Below are positions 9,342 through 18,404 of a stretch of 34,231 nt of DNA, one piece after another. The notes below the pieces were generated by a model, which did no database searches, was not told where the DNA came from, and worked only from the letters and a program-made list of their open reading frames with translations. Both the position numbers and the translations under genes were made by a program. The stretch spans positions 1 to 34,231 of the forward strand of contig JAOZFT010000002.1 in the NCBI GenBank assembly GCA_027492035.1, written 5' to 3'. Position 1 is the stretch's first letter; each line of letters begins with the position of its first letter. The DNA comes from Thermoproteota archaeon (GTDB lineage: Archaea; Korarchaeota; JAOZGF01; JAOZFZ01).

Positions 9342-10565
9342 ATGAAAAAGGTTGATGGTGCTGAAAGTTTACTTCAAGCCCATGGTAAGCCTGAAAAAGA
9401 AGTTTATTTCGATAATGGAAATTCAGGATGGGTTCCGCCGGAAGTAGTTGAAGCTATGCTTCCTTACTTTAACAAATATGGTTATGGACACCCCTCAATA
9501 ACAAATAGGCCAGGTTGGGAGGCTTATGAAGCAATTTATGAAGCTTCAGAACAAATTAAGAAAAGCATAGGTGCTGAATTCCCAGAAGAAATCAATTTCA
9601 CTCATAACTTCACTGAAGCAAACAATTTAGCAATAACCGGTACAGCTTTGGCAAACAAAACCAAGGGTAAAGAGATAATTATTTCGGAGATTGAGCATTA
9701 CAGTGTCATGTTTCCCTGTGAAGAGTTGCAGAGAAAAGGTTTTAAACTTATAAAGATCCCTGTTGACAAAGAGGGGTTTGTTGACCTTGACAAGTTAAGT
9801 TCTGCAGTGAACAAAAATACTTTACTTGTCAGCATAATGGCTGTTAATCATGAAATCGGAACGATTGAACCATTAAAAGAAATAGTGGAAATAGTGAAAG
9901 ACAAAAACCCTGAAACAATTTTTCACACTGACGCCTCAGATGCTTACACAAAGACTCCTTTAAACGTTAAAAGAACAGGGGTAGACTTGTTAACCCTCAG
10001 CAGCCACAAAATTCATGGACCTCGTGGAGCCGGGGCACTTTATGTAAAGAAGGGAGTAGAAGTTGAAAAAATAATTTATGGTTCACTTTCTTCACAGCCT
10101 TTATGGCCTGGAGTTGAAAATGTACCTGCAATAATGGGTTTTTCTAAAGCTTCATCTTTAGCTTTTAAAAAATTTAAAGAGTACAATAAGTATTTAGAGA
10201 ATTTACGTGATAAATTGATAAAGGGGATACTGGAGGAAGTGCCTGACACTTTACTTAACGGCCCTTTAGGAAACAAAAGAGTTTCAGATAATGCCAATAT
10301 AAGTTTTTTACGGGTTGAAGGGGAAGCTGTGACTGTAGAATTAAGTTTACATGGTATTTACGTTTCAAGTGGAAGTGCTTGTACAAGCAGAGTGCTTGAA
10401 CCAAGTCATGTTCTGTTAGCCATTGGTAGAAAATATGAAGAAGCACATGGAAGCGTTTTGTTTAAATTAATGCGTTTCCATAAAAGAGAAGATATAGAAT
10501 ACACACTTAAAGTCATTCCTAAATCAATTAAGAGATTAAGAAAAATAAGTGCAATTAAAAGTTAA
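9342..10565 (+). CDS. iscS: Cysteine desulfurase (IscS/NifS, group I)
   Basis: EH.SV, VNHEIGTI, HTDA, SSHKIHGP (PLP Lys), SSGSACTS (catalytic Cys), EPSHVL. Confidence 0.95.
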   Translation: MKKVDGAESLLQAHGKPEKEVYFDNGNSGWVPPEVVEAMLPYFNKYGYGHPSITNRPGWEAYEAIYEASEQIKKSIGAEFPEEINFTHNFTEANNLAITGTALANKTKGKEIIISEIEHYSVMFPCEELQRKGFKLIKIPVDKEGFVDLDKLSSAVNKNTLLVSIMAVNHEIGTIEPLKEIVEIVKDKNPETIFHTDASDAYTKTPLNVKRTGVDLLTLSSHKIHGPRGAGALYVKKGVEVEKIIYGSLSSQPLWPGVENVPAIMGFSKASSLAFKKFKEYNKYLENLRDKLIKGILEEVPDTLLNGPLGNKRVSDNANISFLRVEGEAVTVELSLHGIYVSSGSACTSRVLEPSHVLLAIGRKYEEAHGSVLFKLMRFHKREDIEYTLKVIPKSIKRLRKISAIKS

Positions 10566-10582
10566 GGAGGACTGAAAATAAG

Positions 10583-11086
10583 TTGTCAACACGCATACCT
10601 CTACCTTATAGTGGAAAAGTGATTAAATTGTTCAGAAACCCGAAAAATTTAGGCAGAATGGAGAACGCAACAGTTTATGCAACAGCAGGAAGCCCGGCTT
10701 GTGGAGACATGATAACACTCTACCTCAGAATAGAGGATGGTAAAATATTAAACGCCACTTTTGAAAGTTACGGTTGCGCCGCTAATATTGCTGCAGCAAG
10801 TGTTTTAACAGAGATGATTAAAGGGAAGAAAGTGGAGGAAGCTTGGAAAATAACTTGGAGGAAAATATCAGACGAACTTGGCGGTTTACCCTCTATAAAG
10901 TACCATTGTGGAATATTAGCTGTTGGCTCATTAAGAAGAGCAATAAGAAAGTATTATGGCGACAAAAGACCTTCTTGGTTGCCTAAAGAAACAACTTCAG
11001 AGGAAAAATTGGCTTTAAAAGAAGAAGAACTTATTAAAAGATTTCTAAAAAGAAGTAAGAAAGAACTGAATGAAAAACATTTTTAA
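10583..11086 (+). CDS. iscU: Fe-S cluster scaffold IscU/NifU-N
   Basis: YS..V...F.NPKN.G, GSPACGD, YGCAA, KYHC; directly downstream of iscS with GGAGG RBS; TTG start. Confidence 0.93.
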   Translation: MSTRIPLPYSGKVIKLFRNPKNLGRMENATVYATAGSPACGDMITLYLRIEDGKILNATFESYGCAANIAAASVLTEMIKGKKVEEAWKITWRKISDELGGLPSIKYHCGILAVGSLRRAIRKYYGDKRPSWLPKETTSEEKLALKEEELIKRFLKRSKKELNEKHF

Positions 11087-11175
11087 CGTATTTTTCATCT
11101 ATACTTAAATTTTTAGGCTTAAGAAGAGTACAGTGAAGAGGGAGGTACTATGTTTTTCAAAGAAAGGGGAGTGAA

Positions 11176-11454
11176 ATGGTTAAGGAAAACATTGTCCAGA
11201 AGTACGTTATGAGAACAACTAAGACTTGCGCCAACAAGGGAGATTACATGGTAACTTTAAGGATTGATAAAAGAGACGAAGCACTTTCCAAAGTTTCAAA
11301 CAAACTTAGAGAAACTGTTAGGATGGGGCTAATAAGGAAAGGGAAGATTGGAGACGTGGAGTTAACCTTGTTTAAAACAGGCAAAATAATTATACATAAC
11401 CTAAAAAGTAGGGATATTAATTCTTTCTTGAAAGAAATACTTACAGGGAAATAG
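11176..11454 (+). CDS. Small hypothetical protein (Cys-containing, TBP-like beta-sheet motif)
   Basis: 92 aa with GGGGAGTG RBS; KTCA near the N-terminus and ELTLFKTGKIII motif; co-oriented behind iscSU. Confidence 0.65.
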   Translation: MVKENIVQKYVMRTTKTCANKGDYMVTLRIDKRDEALSKVSNKLRETVRMGLIRKGKIGDVELTLFKTGKIIIHNLKSRDINSFLKEILTGK

Positions 11455-11648
11455 AACATGGAAAAATCTTTGATCCAAAGAAAAAGATCTGAAAAATACC
11501 TCATCTAAAGTATCTACATTAAGATTGTTCCATACAGGATTAAAAAATGAAAAATTTTAAACACGTACTCATTTTCGATAATTCCATAATTAAGTGTTTA
11601 ATTTAACTCTTTATTAATAGCTTCAGAAAGGTATTCCTGTGAAATTTT

Positions 11649-12308
11649 ATGGAAAAAGTAGTTTTTAATTGGAGCGGAGGTAAGGACAGCGCTTTAGCCC
11701 TTCACGAAATGAAAGATTACTATGAAATAGTTGCACTGTTAACGACTTTGACTGCTGACTATGACAGGGTAAGTATGCACGGTACTCAGCGAGTTCTCTT
11801 AGAAAAGCAAGCTGAATCTCTAAATTTTCCATTAGAAAAGGTTTACATTACAAAGAACGCTTCAAATGAGGAGTATGGAAAGAAAATGGAGAACGTGTTA
11901 ATGAAATATTTGAGTCAAGGAGTTCTTTCAGTTGCTTTTGGTGACATCTTCCTTGAAGACGTAAGAAAATACCGTGAGAGTAATTTATTAAAGATAGGGA
12001 TGAAGGGAGTATTTCCTTTGTGGAAGAGGGATACCACAGAATTGGCCAACAAGTTTATAGATTCCGGATTTAAAGCAATTGTAACATGTGTTGACTCAAA
12101 AGTTCTAAGTAAAAAGTTTGTGGGTAGAATCTACAATAAAAAGTTTTTGTCTGAATTACCTTCCAAAGTGGATCCATGTGGTGAAAGAGGAGAATTTCAC
12201 ACATTCGTGTATGATGGGCCAATATTCAGGGAAAAAATACGGTTTAAAATAGGCGAGATTGTTTTAAGGGATAACCGTTTCTATTTTTGTGACTTAATAC
12301 CAGTTTAA
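11649..12308 (+). CDS. Diphthine--ammonia ligase-like PP-loop ATPase (MJ0570/Dph6 family)
   Basis: WSGGKDS PP-loop, RVSMHG, FGDIFLED, PLW, DPCGERGEFHTFV.DGP. Confidence 0.9.
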   Translation: MEKVVFNWSGGKDSALALHEMKDYYEIVALLTTLTADYDRVSMHGTQRVLLEKQAESLNFPLEKVYITKNASNEEYGKKMENVLMKYLSQGVLSVAFGDIFLEDVRKYRESNLLKIGMKGVFPLWKRDTTELANKFIDSGFKAIVTCVDSKVLSKKFVGRIYNKKFLSELPSKVDPCGERGEFHTFVYDGPIFREKIRFKIGEIVLRDNRFYFCDLIPV

Positions 12309-12372
12309 AAACAATTTTAATTAAAACATTAATTATTTAAACTTTGAAAAACTCCGAAATGGTTTGAATTTT

Positions 12373-12423
12373 CAGAAAAACTACATGCTTTTTTAACGGC
12401 ATGTAGTTTGGCTAGTTTTTCTG
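12373..12423. repeat. Strong inverted repeat/hairpin (possible terminator or IS200/IS605 end relic)
   Basis: AAACTACATGC (12378-88) pairs with GCATGTAGTTT (12399-409); CAGAAAAACTA (12373-83) pairs with TAGTTTTTCTG (12413-23). Confidence 0.6.
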
Positions 12424-12550
12424 TAAAGATATGCAATATGAAAACATTAACTTTTACCTTTAATTTCCCCATAGAAAATTTTTAATTATTAAAAGGGTTT
12501 CTTTAGATTCTTAAAAATAATATTCTACGTAAACGGAAGAGAATTTATTA

Positions 12551-12792
12551 TTGATCTACCCTTTAAAAATGCTCGAAATGCAGTTCAGCATAGATAAGAG
12601 GAAAGAATCACCTAAGTATGTAAAAACTAGTTTTGCAGCTGCAATTGCCCTGAAATTTTACCCAGGGAGATTTTATAGAGATGCAAAGCCGTACTGTGTA
12701 AACCTTTTACAAACCTATTCTAGGGATGCAAAGCCTCATGTGTTTATTGCGGTCTTTCATCTGATAGAAAAGCAACTAGTTTTACATCCTAG
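12551..12792 (+). pseudogene. Frameshifted, truncated radical SAM gene (N-terminal stump)
   Basis: ESPKYVKTSFAAAIALKFYPGRFYRDAK.YCVNLL.TY in the ORF frame; the -1 frame at 12727 reads CKASCVYCGLS (CxxxCxxC) and stops at TAG 12790-92. Confidence 0.75.
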
Positions 12793-12861
12793 TTTTACAT
12801 AAACTTAACAATTAACATATGAAAAAATTTATAAAAGTATTTTTGTCCATATTTACTTAAG

Positions 12862-13125
12862 GTGATGGTGCTGAGAGTTCAAATAGAGAAGGGTATTGAA
12901 CGCAGGTTTAGGGAGATGGCTATGAGGAAATTTGGTTTTGGTAAAGGGTCCCTGAGCAAAGCTGCACAAGAAGCTTTTTTAAGGTGGATTTCCAGCGTTG
13001 AAGATGAACTTCTAAAGTTTGAAGGTGACCCTGTTGAGGAGATAGATGGATTACTGGCAGGAATTCCAATTGACTCAGTGGAGCTGCAGCACATGGTTAA
13101 AAAACTTTGGCTTAAGAGAGGGTAG
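12862..13125 (+). CDS. Putative antitoxin (RHH-like, VapB)
   Basis: 87 aa, LRVQI...ERRFRE.AM..FG..KGSLSKAA; 2 bp upstream of a PIN toxin. Confidence 0.78.
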   Translation: MMVLRVQIEKGIERRFREMAMRKFGFGKGSLSKAAQEAFLRWISSVEDELLKFEGDPVEEIDGLLAGIPIDSVELQHMVKKLWLKRG

Positions 13126-13127
13126 AA

Positions 13128-13547
13128 ATGTACCTAGTTGACACTAATATATTTCTCGAGGTCTTGCTTTCAAGGGGGAGGAAGGAGCCATGTAAAAGAT
13201 TTTTAGGGATGCTTAGAGACGGTAAACGGAGCGGCGTGATAACTGATTTCACCGTTCATTCAATTATTGTGATAATGGAAGGGTTTGGAAAATTAACTGA
13301 ACTAAAGAAGTTTCTTTGCAGTCTTGCTGCATATAAAGGCCTGCATATATTCTTAACAGGTTTATCGGTTGAGGTTAAAGCTGTTAAATTGGCCTTAAAG
13401 GGAAAGCTAGACATGGACGACGCCATCCAGTATTCCTCAGCTCTTTCCATTGGAGCAGAATGTATTGTTTCATATGATACACACTTTAACGACCTTAAAA
13501 TTCCACGTAAAACACCAGAGGACCTTGTTGTTGAAACTGGTTCTTAA
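13128..13547 (+). CDS. vapC: PIN-domain toxin (VapC family)
   Basis: YLVDTNIFLE, LDMDDAIQY and IVSYDTHF acidic PIN motifs. Confidence 0.9.
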   Translation: MYLVDTNIFLEVLLSRGRKEPCKRFLGMLRDGKRSGVITDFTVHSIIVIMEGFGKLTELKKFLCSLAAYKGLHIFLTGLSVEVKAVKLALKGKLDMDDAIQYSSALSIGAECIVSYDTHFNDLKIPRKTPEDLVVETGS

Positions 13548-14630
13548 TTAACAAAAATTTAAATTTATAACCTAGTTTAGTAGGGATAAACCGCTGTAAA
13601 ACTTAAATATCCATGATCCCGGGAAAATTAAGCTCCAAGTTTCACTTTACAAGAAGCTTCAACTGTCTGCAATCTGTTGCTTGAAAATTGCGGTTGACGA
13701 AGCAGTGAATAAAGGGGAGGGTAATAAAGAGTGATAAACAAAAAGATTATTTAACTATTATGTTCACCTCAATAACCCTTATAGCCAACATTCTTTTATC
13801 ATGCTAATTAAAAAATCATCTCAGAATAAAGAAATAACTGTAAATTCTTCCCTAATTGAAAAAAATAAAACATCAAACAAAATTATGTGGACAGGCTCAC
13901 CCAGATGGTAGATTCCATGCTGTAGGTGTACCTTCATAATTCTTTAATTTCCAATAAACTGAGTAATAAGCCACTAAGCCAGAAAAGGCTTCGACATCCA
14001 AAAGTATATAGTTCTTCAAAATGTAAGTAACTGTCCGTGATCACAGTTTTTAGCGGAGCAAGTTGTTACCCTTTTCCGAACAGAAACACTTAATATTCCT
14101 CAATTTCAGGTAATTAGTGGACTGATCAAACAGGATTTGTTTAAACAGCATAAAATTAAAGAAATCCTGAATCCATGAACTTGAATTATTAACTAAAGGA
14201 CAAGTAATAAAAGGAAACATTACTTCGCCTTTGAATCTGCTTAGACCTTACCTAAATTTAACTATAAAGTACAAACTTCGCCTACCGCAAAAAGTTATAC
14301 TGACAATAAAGCTAAAAAAACCTATTGAAACCTTTTTCTTAAATGCCTGTTTGGAGAAACCTTAACTTCTTCATTTTTCATTTAAGTCCTAGCCACTTTT
14401 ACGCTGAAACTATCCTCTTTATGTTTCTTAATTCTCGACAAGTAGAAGAATCCATAAATAATGATATTTTAGAGATAAGTAGAAAGTTAATGTGTTTTAA
14501 ACCTTAAATTTTGTATCTGAAAAGGGAAAACATTAAACTCATAAAACTTTTATACGTTTTAATTCTTTAAAAGGGTTTGTGTTTGTTTTTGGAGCTAAGT
14601 GAAGAAAGTTTAAGGAGAGGAGGAGGTTCT

Positions 14631-15338
14631 TTGACACCTGAAAAGTTAGCTTCTTTTTTCGACCACACACTCTTGAAACCTTACACTACAGAGAAAGACA
14701 TTAAAAGAGTTTGTGCAGAAGCAGTTAAATACGGTTTTTATGGGGTCTGTGTACCTCCTTGTTACGTAAAATATGCCAAGAAATTACTTGAAAAAAGTAA
14801 AGTTAAGGTTGTTACGGTTGTGGGGTTTCCTTTAGGTTATTCCGCCCCAGAAACAAAAGTTTATGAGGCAAGAAAGGCTATTAAGGATGGATGTGACGAA
14901 ATAGATATGGTGATAAACATTAGCAAACTAAAAAGTAAAAGTTACAGCTACTTGGAAAACGAAATAAGGAAAGTTGTTGAAGCTGTTAAAGGAAAAATTG
15001 TGAAAGTGATAATTGAGACCTGTTACTTAACAAGGGAGGAGAAAGAAGTAATATGTAAGTTAGCTGTTAAAGCAGGGGCACAGTTTATTAAAACATCTAC
15101 AGGTTTCGGTCCAGAAGGAGCTAAAGAAGAAGATATAAAACTTATTTCTGAAATAGTTAAAGGCAAAGCGAAAATTAAGGCAGCAGGTTCAATTAGGACA
15201 CTTAATAAAGCATTGAAGATGATTAAGGCTGGTGCAGCGAGAATAGGGTCTTCCTCAAGTGTAAAAATAATGGAGGAAGCAATAAAAAATTTTCAGAAAA
15301 AAAGCCAAACCCACGTTTTTCAAGAAAAGAGAGAATAA
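14631..15338 (+). CDS. deoC: Deoxyribose-phosphate aldolase (DERA)
   Basis: DHTLLKP, VVGFPLG, DEIDMVIN, KVIIET, FIKTSTGF, KAAG.IR, RIG.SS. TTG 14631 follows GGAGGAGG; ORF is open from 14577. Confidence 0.95.
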   Translation: MTPEKLASFFDHTLLKPYTTEKDIKRVCAEAVKYGFYGVCVPPCYVKYAKKLLEKSKVKVVTVVGFPLGYSAPETKVYEARKAIKDGCDEIDMVINISKLKSKSYSYLENEIRKVVEAVKGKIVKVIIETCYLTREEKEVICKLAVKAGAQFIKTSTGFGPEGAKEEDIKLISEIVKGKAKIKAAGSIRTLNKALKMIKAGAARIGSSSSVKIMEEAIKNFQKKSQTHVFQEKRE

Positions 15339-15516
15339 GAAAAAATAAATGTTTCATTCATGTTTCTGAAACTCTTAATTAAATTAACTGGTACTAAAAC
15401 CCAAAAAAAACATTAAGTTCCCAATGCTTTAAAAAATTTTGAGGCAGAAAGTTTTTTGAAAGAGAAAAAATTTATTTTAAAAATGGAAGCATTAAGGAAA
15501 GGGTGTAGAAAACGAA

Positions 15517-15798
15517 ATGAATTTTCAATTTTTGAAGGGGAAAAAGGTCATAGATTCTGAAGCGAAAATAATAGGGGAAGTTGTAGATATTATTTTTAAC
15601 CCTTACACTTGGGAAGTTACAGATTTAATATTAAAAATAGATAAAGGACTAGGTAAGGAGCTTGGTTGGAGGAAGATATTAGGAAGTTTAAATGTTTCTT
15701 TAAAAACATCTTTTGTAAAGGCTGTTGGGGATGTTGTATCTCTCACAACTAACCTAAACAGTTTAAAAGGAGCAATGGAGAAATACCCGAAAGATTAA
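15517..15798 (+). CDS. PRC-barrel domain protein
   Basis: LKGKKVIDSEA..IGEV.DI.F and VKAVGDVV patterns of single PRC barrels. Confidence 0.85.
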   Translation: MNFQFLKGKKVIDSEAKIIGEVVDIIFNPYTWEVTDLILKIDKGLGKELGWRKILGSLNVSLKTSFVKAVGDVVSLTTNLNSLKGAMEKYPKD

Positions 15799-15899
15799 GT
15801 TTTATTAAGGAAATAAAACGCAAACTTTACATTTAACAAACAATAAAACAGAAAAACAATGAAACAATGAAATCACAGTTGAAAAGTTGAGAAGGAGAG

Positions 15900-16472
15900 A
15901 TGAAAATGTCTGCAACCACATTGAACGAAATAGTTAAATGGAGTAGAATCATTTACGGTAAAGGATACGTCCAAGGGCCCGGGGGCAATATCAGTGTAAG
16001 GGAAGGGGACCAAATTTACATAACAAAACATGGAGTTTCCTTTCAAGATTTAACTCCTGAAGACATAGTACAAGTTCCTTTAAAAAAGAAAAGTGAATTT
16101 GATGGTTCAGCTTCAGTTGAACTCCCCACCCATAGAGAAATTTACAAAGTTACTGGTTCAAAAGCAATTATTCATGTTCATCCAATTTACACTATTGCTT
16201 TATCTTTAAAAACTAAGGAAATTAAACCTTTAGATGTTGAAGGGTTATTCCATTTAGGAGAGGTTCCAGTGGTAGAAGGGTCACCAGGTACATATTTACA
16301 AGCAAAAGCAATTTCAAAGGGTTTAGGAGACAATAAAATAATAGTTGTTCGAAGACATGGAGTTTTCAGCGCAGGTGAAACTTTAAAGGAAGCTTTCGAA
16401 AAAATAGAGGTGCTGGAAGCCTCTGCCAAAATCATTTATTTATGTAAGAACATGGACAAAGGAAACTTTTAA
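15900..16472 (+). CDS. Class II aldolase/adducin family protein (FucA-like)
   Basis: GGNISVR, SVELPTH..IY, IIHVHP and RHG metal-binding His motifs. Confidence 0.9.
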   Translation: MKMSATTLNEIVKWSRIIYGKGYVQGPGGNISVREGDQIYITKHGVSFQDLTPEDIVQVPLKKKSEFDGSASVELPTHREIYKVTGSKAIIHVHPIYTIALSLKTKEIKPLDVEGLFHLGEVPVVEGSPGTYLQAKAISKGLGDNKIIVVRRHGVFSAGETLKEAFEKIEVLEASAKIIYLCKNMDKGNF

Positions 16473-16476
16473 ACTT

Positions 16477-18201
16477 TCATTTTTTTAACTGCATATTATA
16501 CATTTCAATTATTTCTTTTACTGTGTTGATGTCTTCAGGTCCTTTATCTTCCCTTACCCAACCTATTACGCGTGGAAACCTTAAAGCATAACCCATTTTT
16601 CCTTTCTCCATTCCGCAAGTATGAGTAGGGCTTCTTGTTATTTCATCAGCTTTAACAGTTAATACAGTGAAAGGCTCAACCCACACGTCAGGTTCAATAA
16701 CTGATTCAACTCTTGCAGGTTTAACAATTGATTTTTGTGTGTCAAGTATTTTCCTTAACTTCACCCATTTCTCTTCCGTCAACCCTGAACCTATTTTAGT
16801 TACTGTTTGAAAAACATCCTTTTCTTCATTGTATACAGCACCAAGTAAAGCTCCTATGCCTAACTTAGTCCTTTTCCCTTTACCTTTAAAATATCCCACC
16901 ACAACAATGTCGATGGTGTCAGCCAATTTACCTCTATAACTTCTTTTTAATTTAACCCAGTTAAAGTTTCTGGAACCTGCCTGGTAAGAAGCATCCAGTT
17001 TTTTCGCCACTATCCCCTCAAGTCCTTTCTCTATTCTGTCTTGGAAATACCTCTCAAGTTCTTTAGGGTTATTTGTTATTATTCTGTCAGCTTCCTTTAA
17101 AACATCACCTGGCCCAATTATTTCTTTTAAAGTTTCTGTTCTTTCAAGGTAAGGTTTCTCTAGGTAACTTTCACCGTTAAGGAAAAGTAAATCAAAACAG
17201 AAAAGTTTCAAAGGGTATTCCTCAGCAGCTTCCTTTACACCGTACTTCCTTTTCCTTTGAATAGTTATTTGGAAAGGGTAAAATTCACCAGTTTCTTCAT
17301 TGTAAGCCAATGCTTCACCTTCAAAAATAGTTTCCCCAGCTTTTATTTGCTTCTTTGTCCCTTCAACTATCTCAGGAAGCATGTCAGTTATTTTTTCAAG
17401 TCTTCTAGAGAAAATTTCTACGGTGCCACCTTTTTTGTGAACTTGACACCTGAAACCGTCATATTTTGATTCCACCGCACATTTTCCAAGTTTTTTTATT
17501 ATTTCCTCTGGACTGCTTAATCTTTCAGCTAAAGCAGGCCTTATAGGGTTTCCAGGTTGAATTTTTATTTCTTTAAGTCCTTCAACACCTTTCTCAAAGA
17601 ATTTTTTGGCTACAAGCCCTAAGTCGCAACAAATATTGAATGCTTTTTCAAGTTTATTTTTCACTTCCTTATTTAACCCTTTAGAATATGTTAAAGCCTC
17701 TAAAATAGTGGCTTCCCCTGCTCCAAGCCTCATTCTTCCCTGAACAAACCTAACAATGTATTTAGCCTCTTTAGGTTTAACTTTACTTAATAATTCAGCT
17801 AAAAAGTTAATTTTTCCTTCTACACTACCTGTTCCAACGGTTTCAGCCACTTTTAAAAGATAGTTATATACAGCAATAAATTCTATGTCTCCCTTCCCTT
17901 TTTCACTGAAAAATTTTTCAGCTACAACACCTAAATCTCCAAGTTTTAAGTATTCATCTTTTATTTCTTTAATAGGTAAATTAGAGGCTTTAGCCAGAAC
18001 CAGGAGAAGTGTTTTTTCTCCCAAACCTAAAACAACTCCTTTAAATTGAGGTAGAAGATTTCCTTGGCAGAAATAAACATATTTATCAATGTTACTTTGT
18101 TCAGCTTCAGAAAACATTTGAGCAAGTAAATTAACCATTTCAGAACGTTTACTGGTTGATTCAATTTTTTCCAAGTAAGAAACAAAGTTTGAGAAACGCA
18201 A
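16477..18201 (-). CDS. lig: ATP-dependent DNA ligase (archaeal type)
   Basis: N-terminal DNA-binding domain, motif I ESKYDG, FEGE, FDLL, EGIVAK, WVKLK, LRFPR. Confidence 0.96.
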   Translation of the reverse strand: MRFSNFVSYLEKIESTSKRSEMVNLLAQMFSEAEQSNIDKYVYFCQGNLLPQFKGVVLGLGEKTLLLVLAKASNLPIKEIKDEYLKLGDLGVVAEKFFSEKGKGDIEFIAVYNYLLKVAETVGTGSVEGKINFLAELLSKVKPKEAKYIVRFVQGRMRLGAGEATILEALTYSKGLNKEVKNKLEKAFNICCDLGLVAKKFFEKGVEGLKEIKIQPGNPIRPALAERLSSPEEIIKKLGKCAVESKYDGFRCQVHKKGGTVEIFSRRLEKITDMLPEIVEGTKKQIKAGETIFEGEALAYNEETGEFYPFQITIQRKRKYGVKEAAEEYPLKLFCFDLLFLNGESYLEKPYLERTETLKEIIGPGDVLKEADRIITNNPKELERYFQDRIEKGLEGIVAKKLDASYQAGSRNFNWVKLKRSYRGKLADTIDIVVVGYFKGKGKRTKLGIGALLGAVYNEEKDVFQTVTKIGSGLTEEKWVKLRKILDTQKSIVKPARVESVIEPDVWVEPFTVLTVKADEITRSPTHTCGMEKGKMGYALRFPRVIGWVREDKGPEDINTVKEIIEMYNMQLKK

Positions 18202-18404
18202 AAAAGAAACCCCCCGAAAAAGATAACTAATGTTTTTAAATGTTTCATTAAAAACTTAAAAAGTCTTTTCAAAAACTGCTCCTTCCTCCACATTTAAGCT
18301 TCACAATTTTTCTTTTCAAACAACAAGAACTTTAAGAAACTTTACTTTCTCTCCTTTCAAAGACTTAAAAAATACTTATTCTTGCAAAAGAAACAGTGGA
18401 AAAG

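Noticed and set aside
12680-12735. Direct repeat GATGCAAAGCC twice (RDAKP twice in the ORF)
   Set aside because: The second copy is the GCKA of the radical-SAM motif read out of frame. Two 11-mers are not a CRISPR array or a repeat protein.
15835-15875. AAACAAT(G) short tandem repeats
   Set aside because: Low-complexity A-rich intergenic DNA with only two exact copies.
18027-18293. 88-aa ORF overlapping the ligase start
   Set aside because: Out-of-frame overlap with lig, low-complexity F/L/K composition, no motif.
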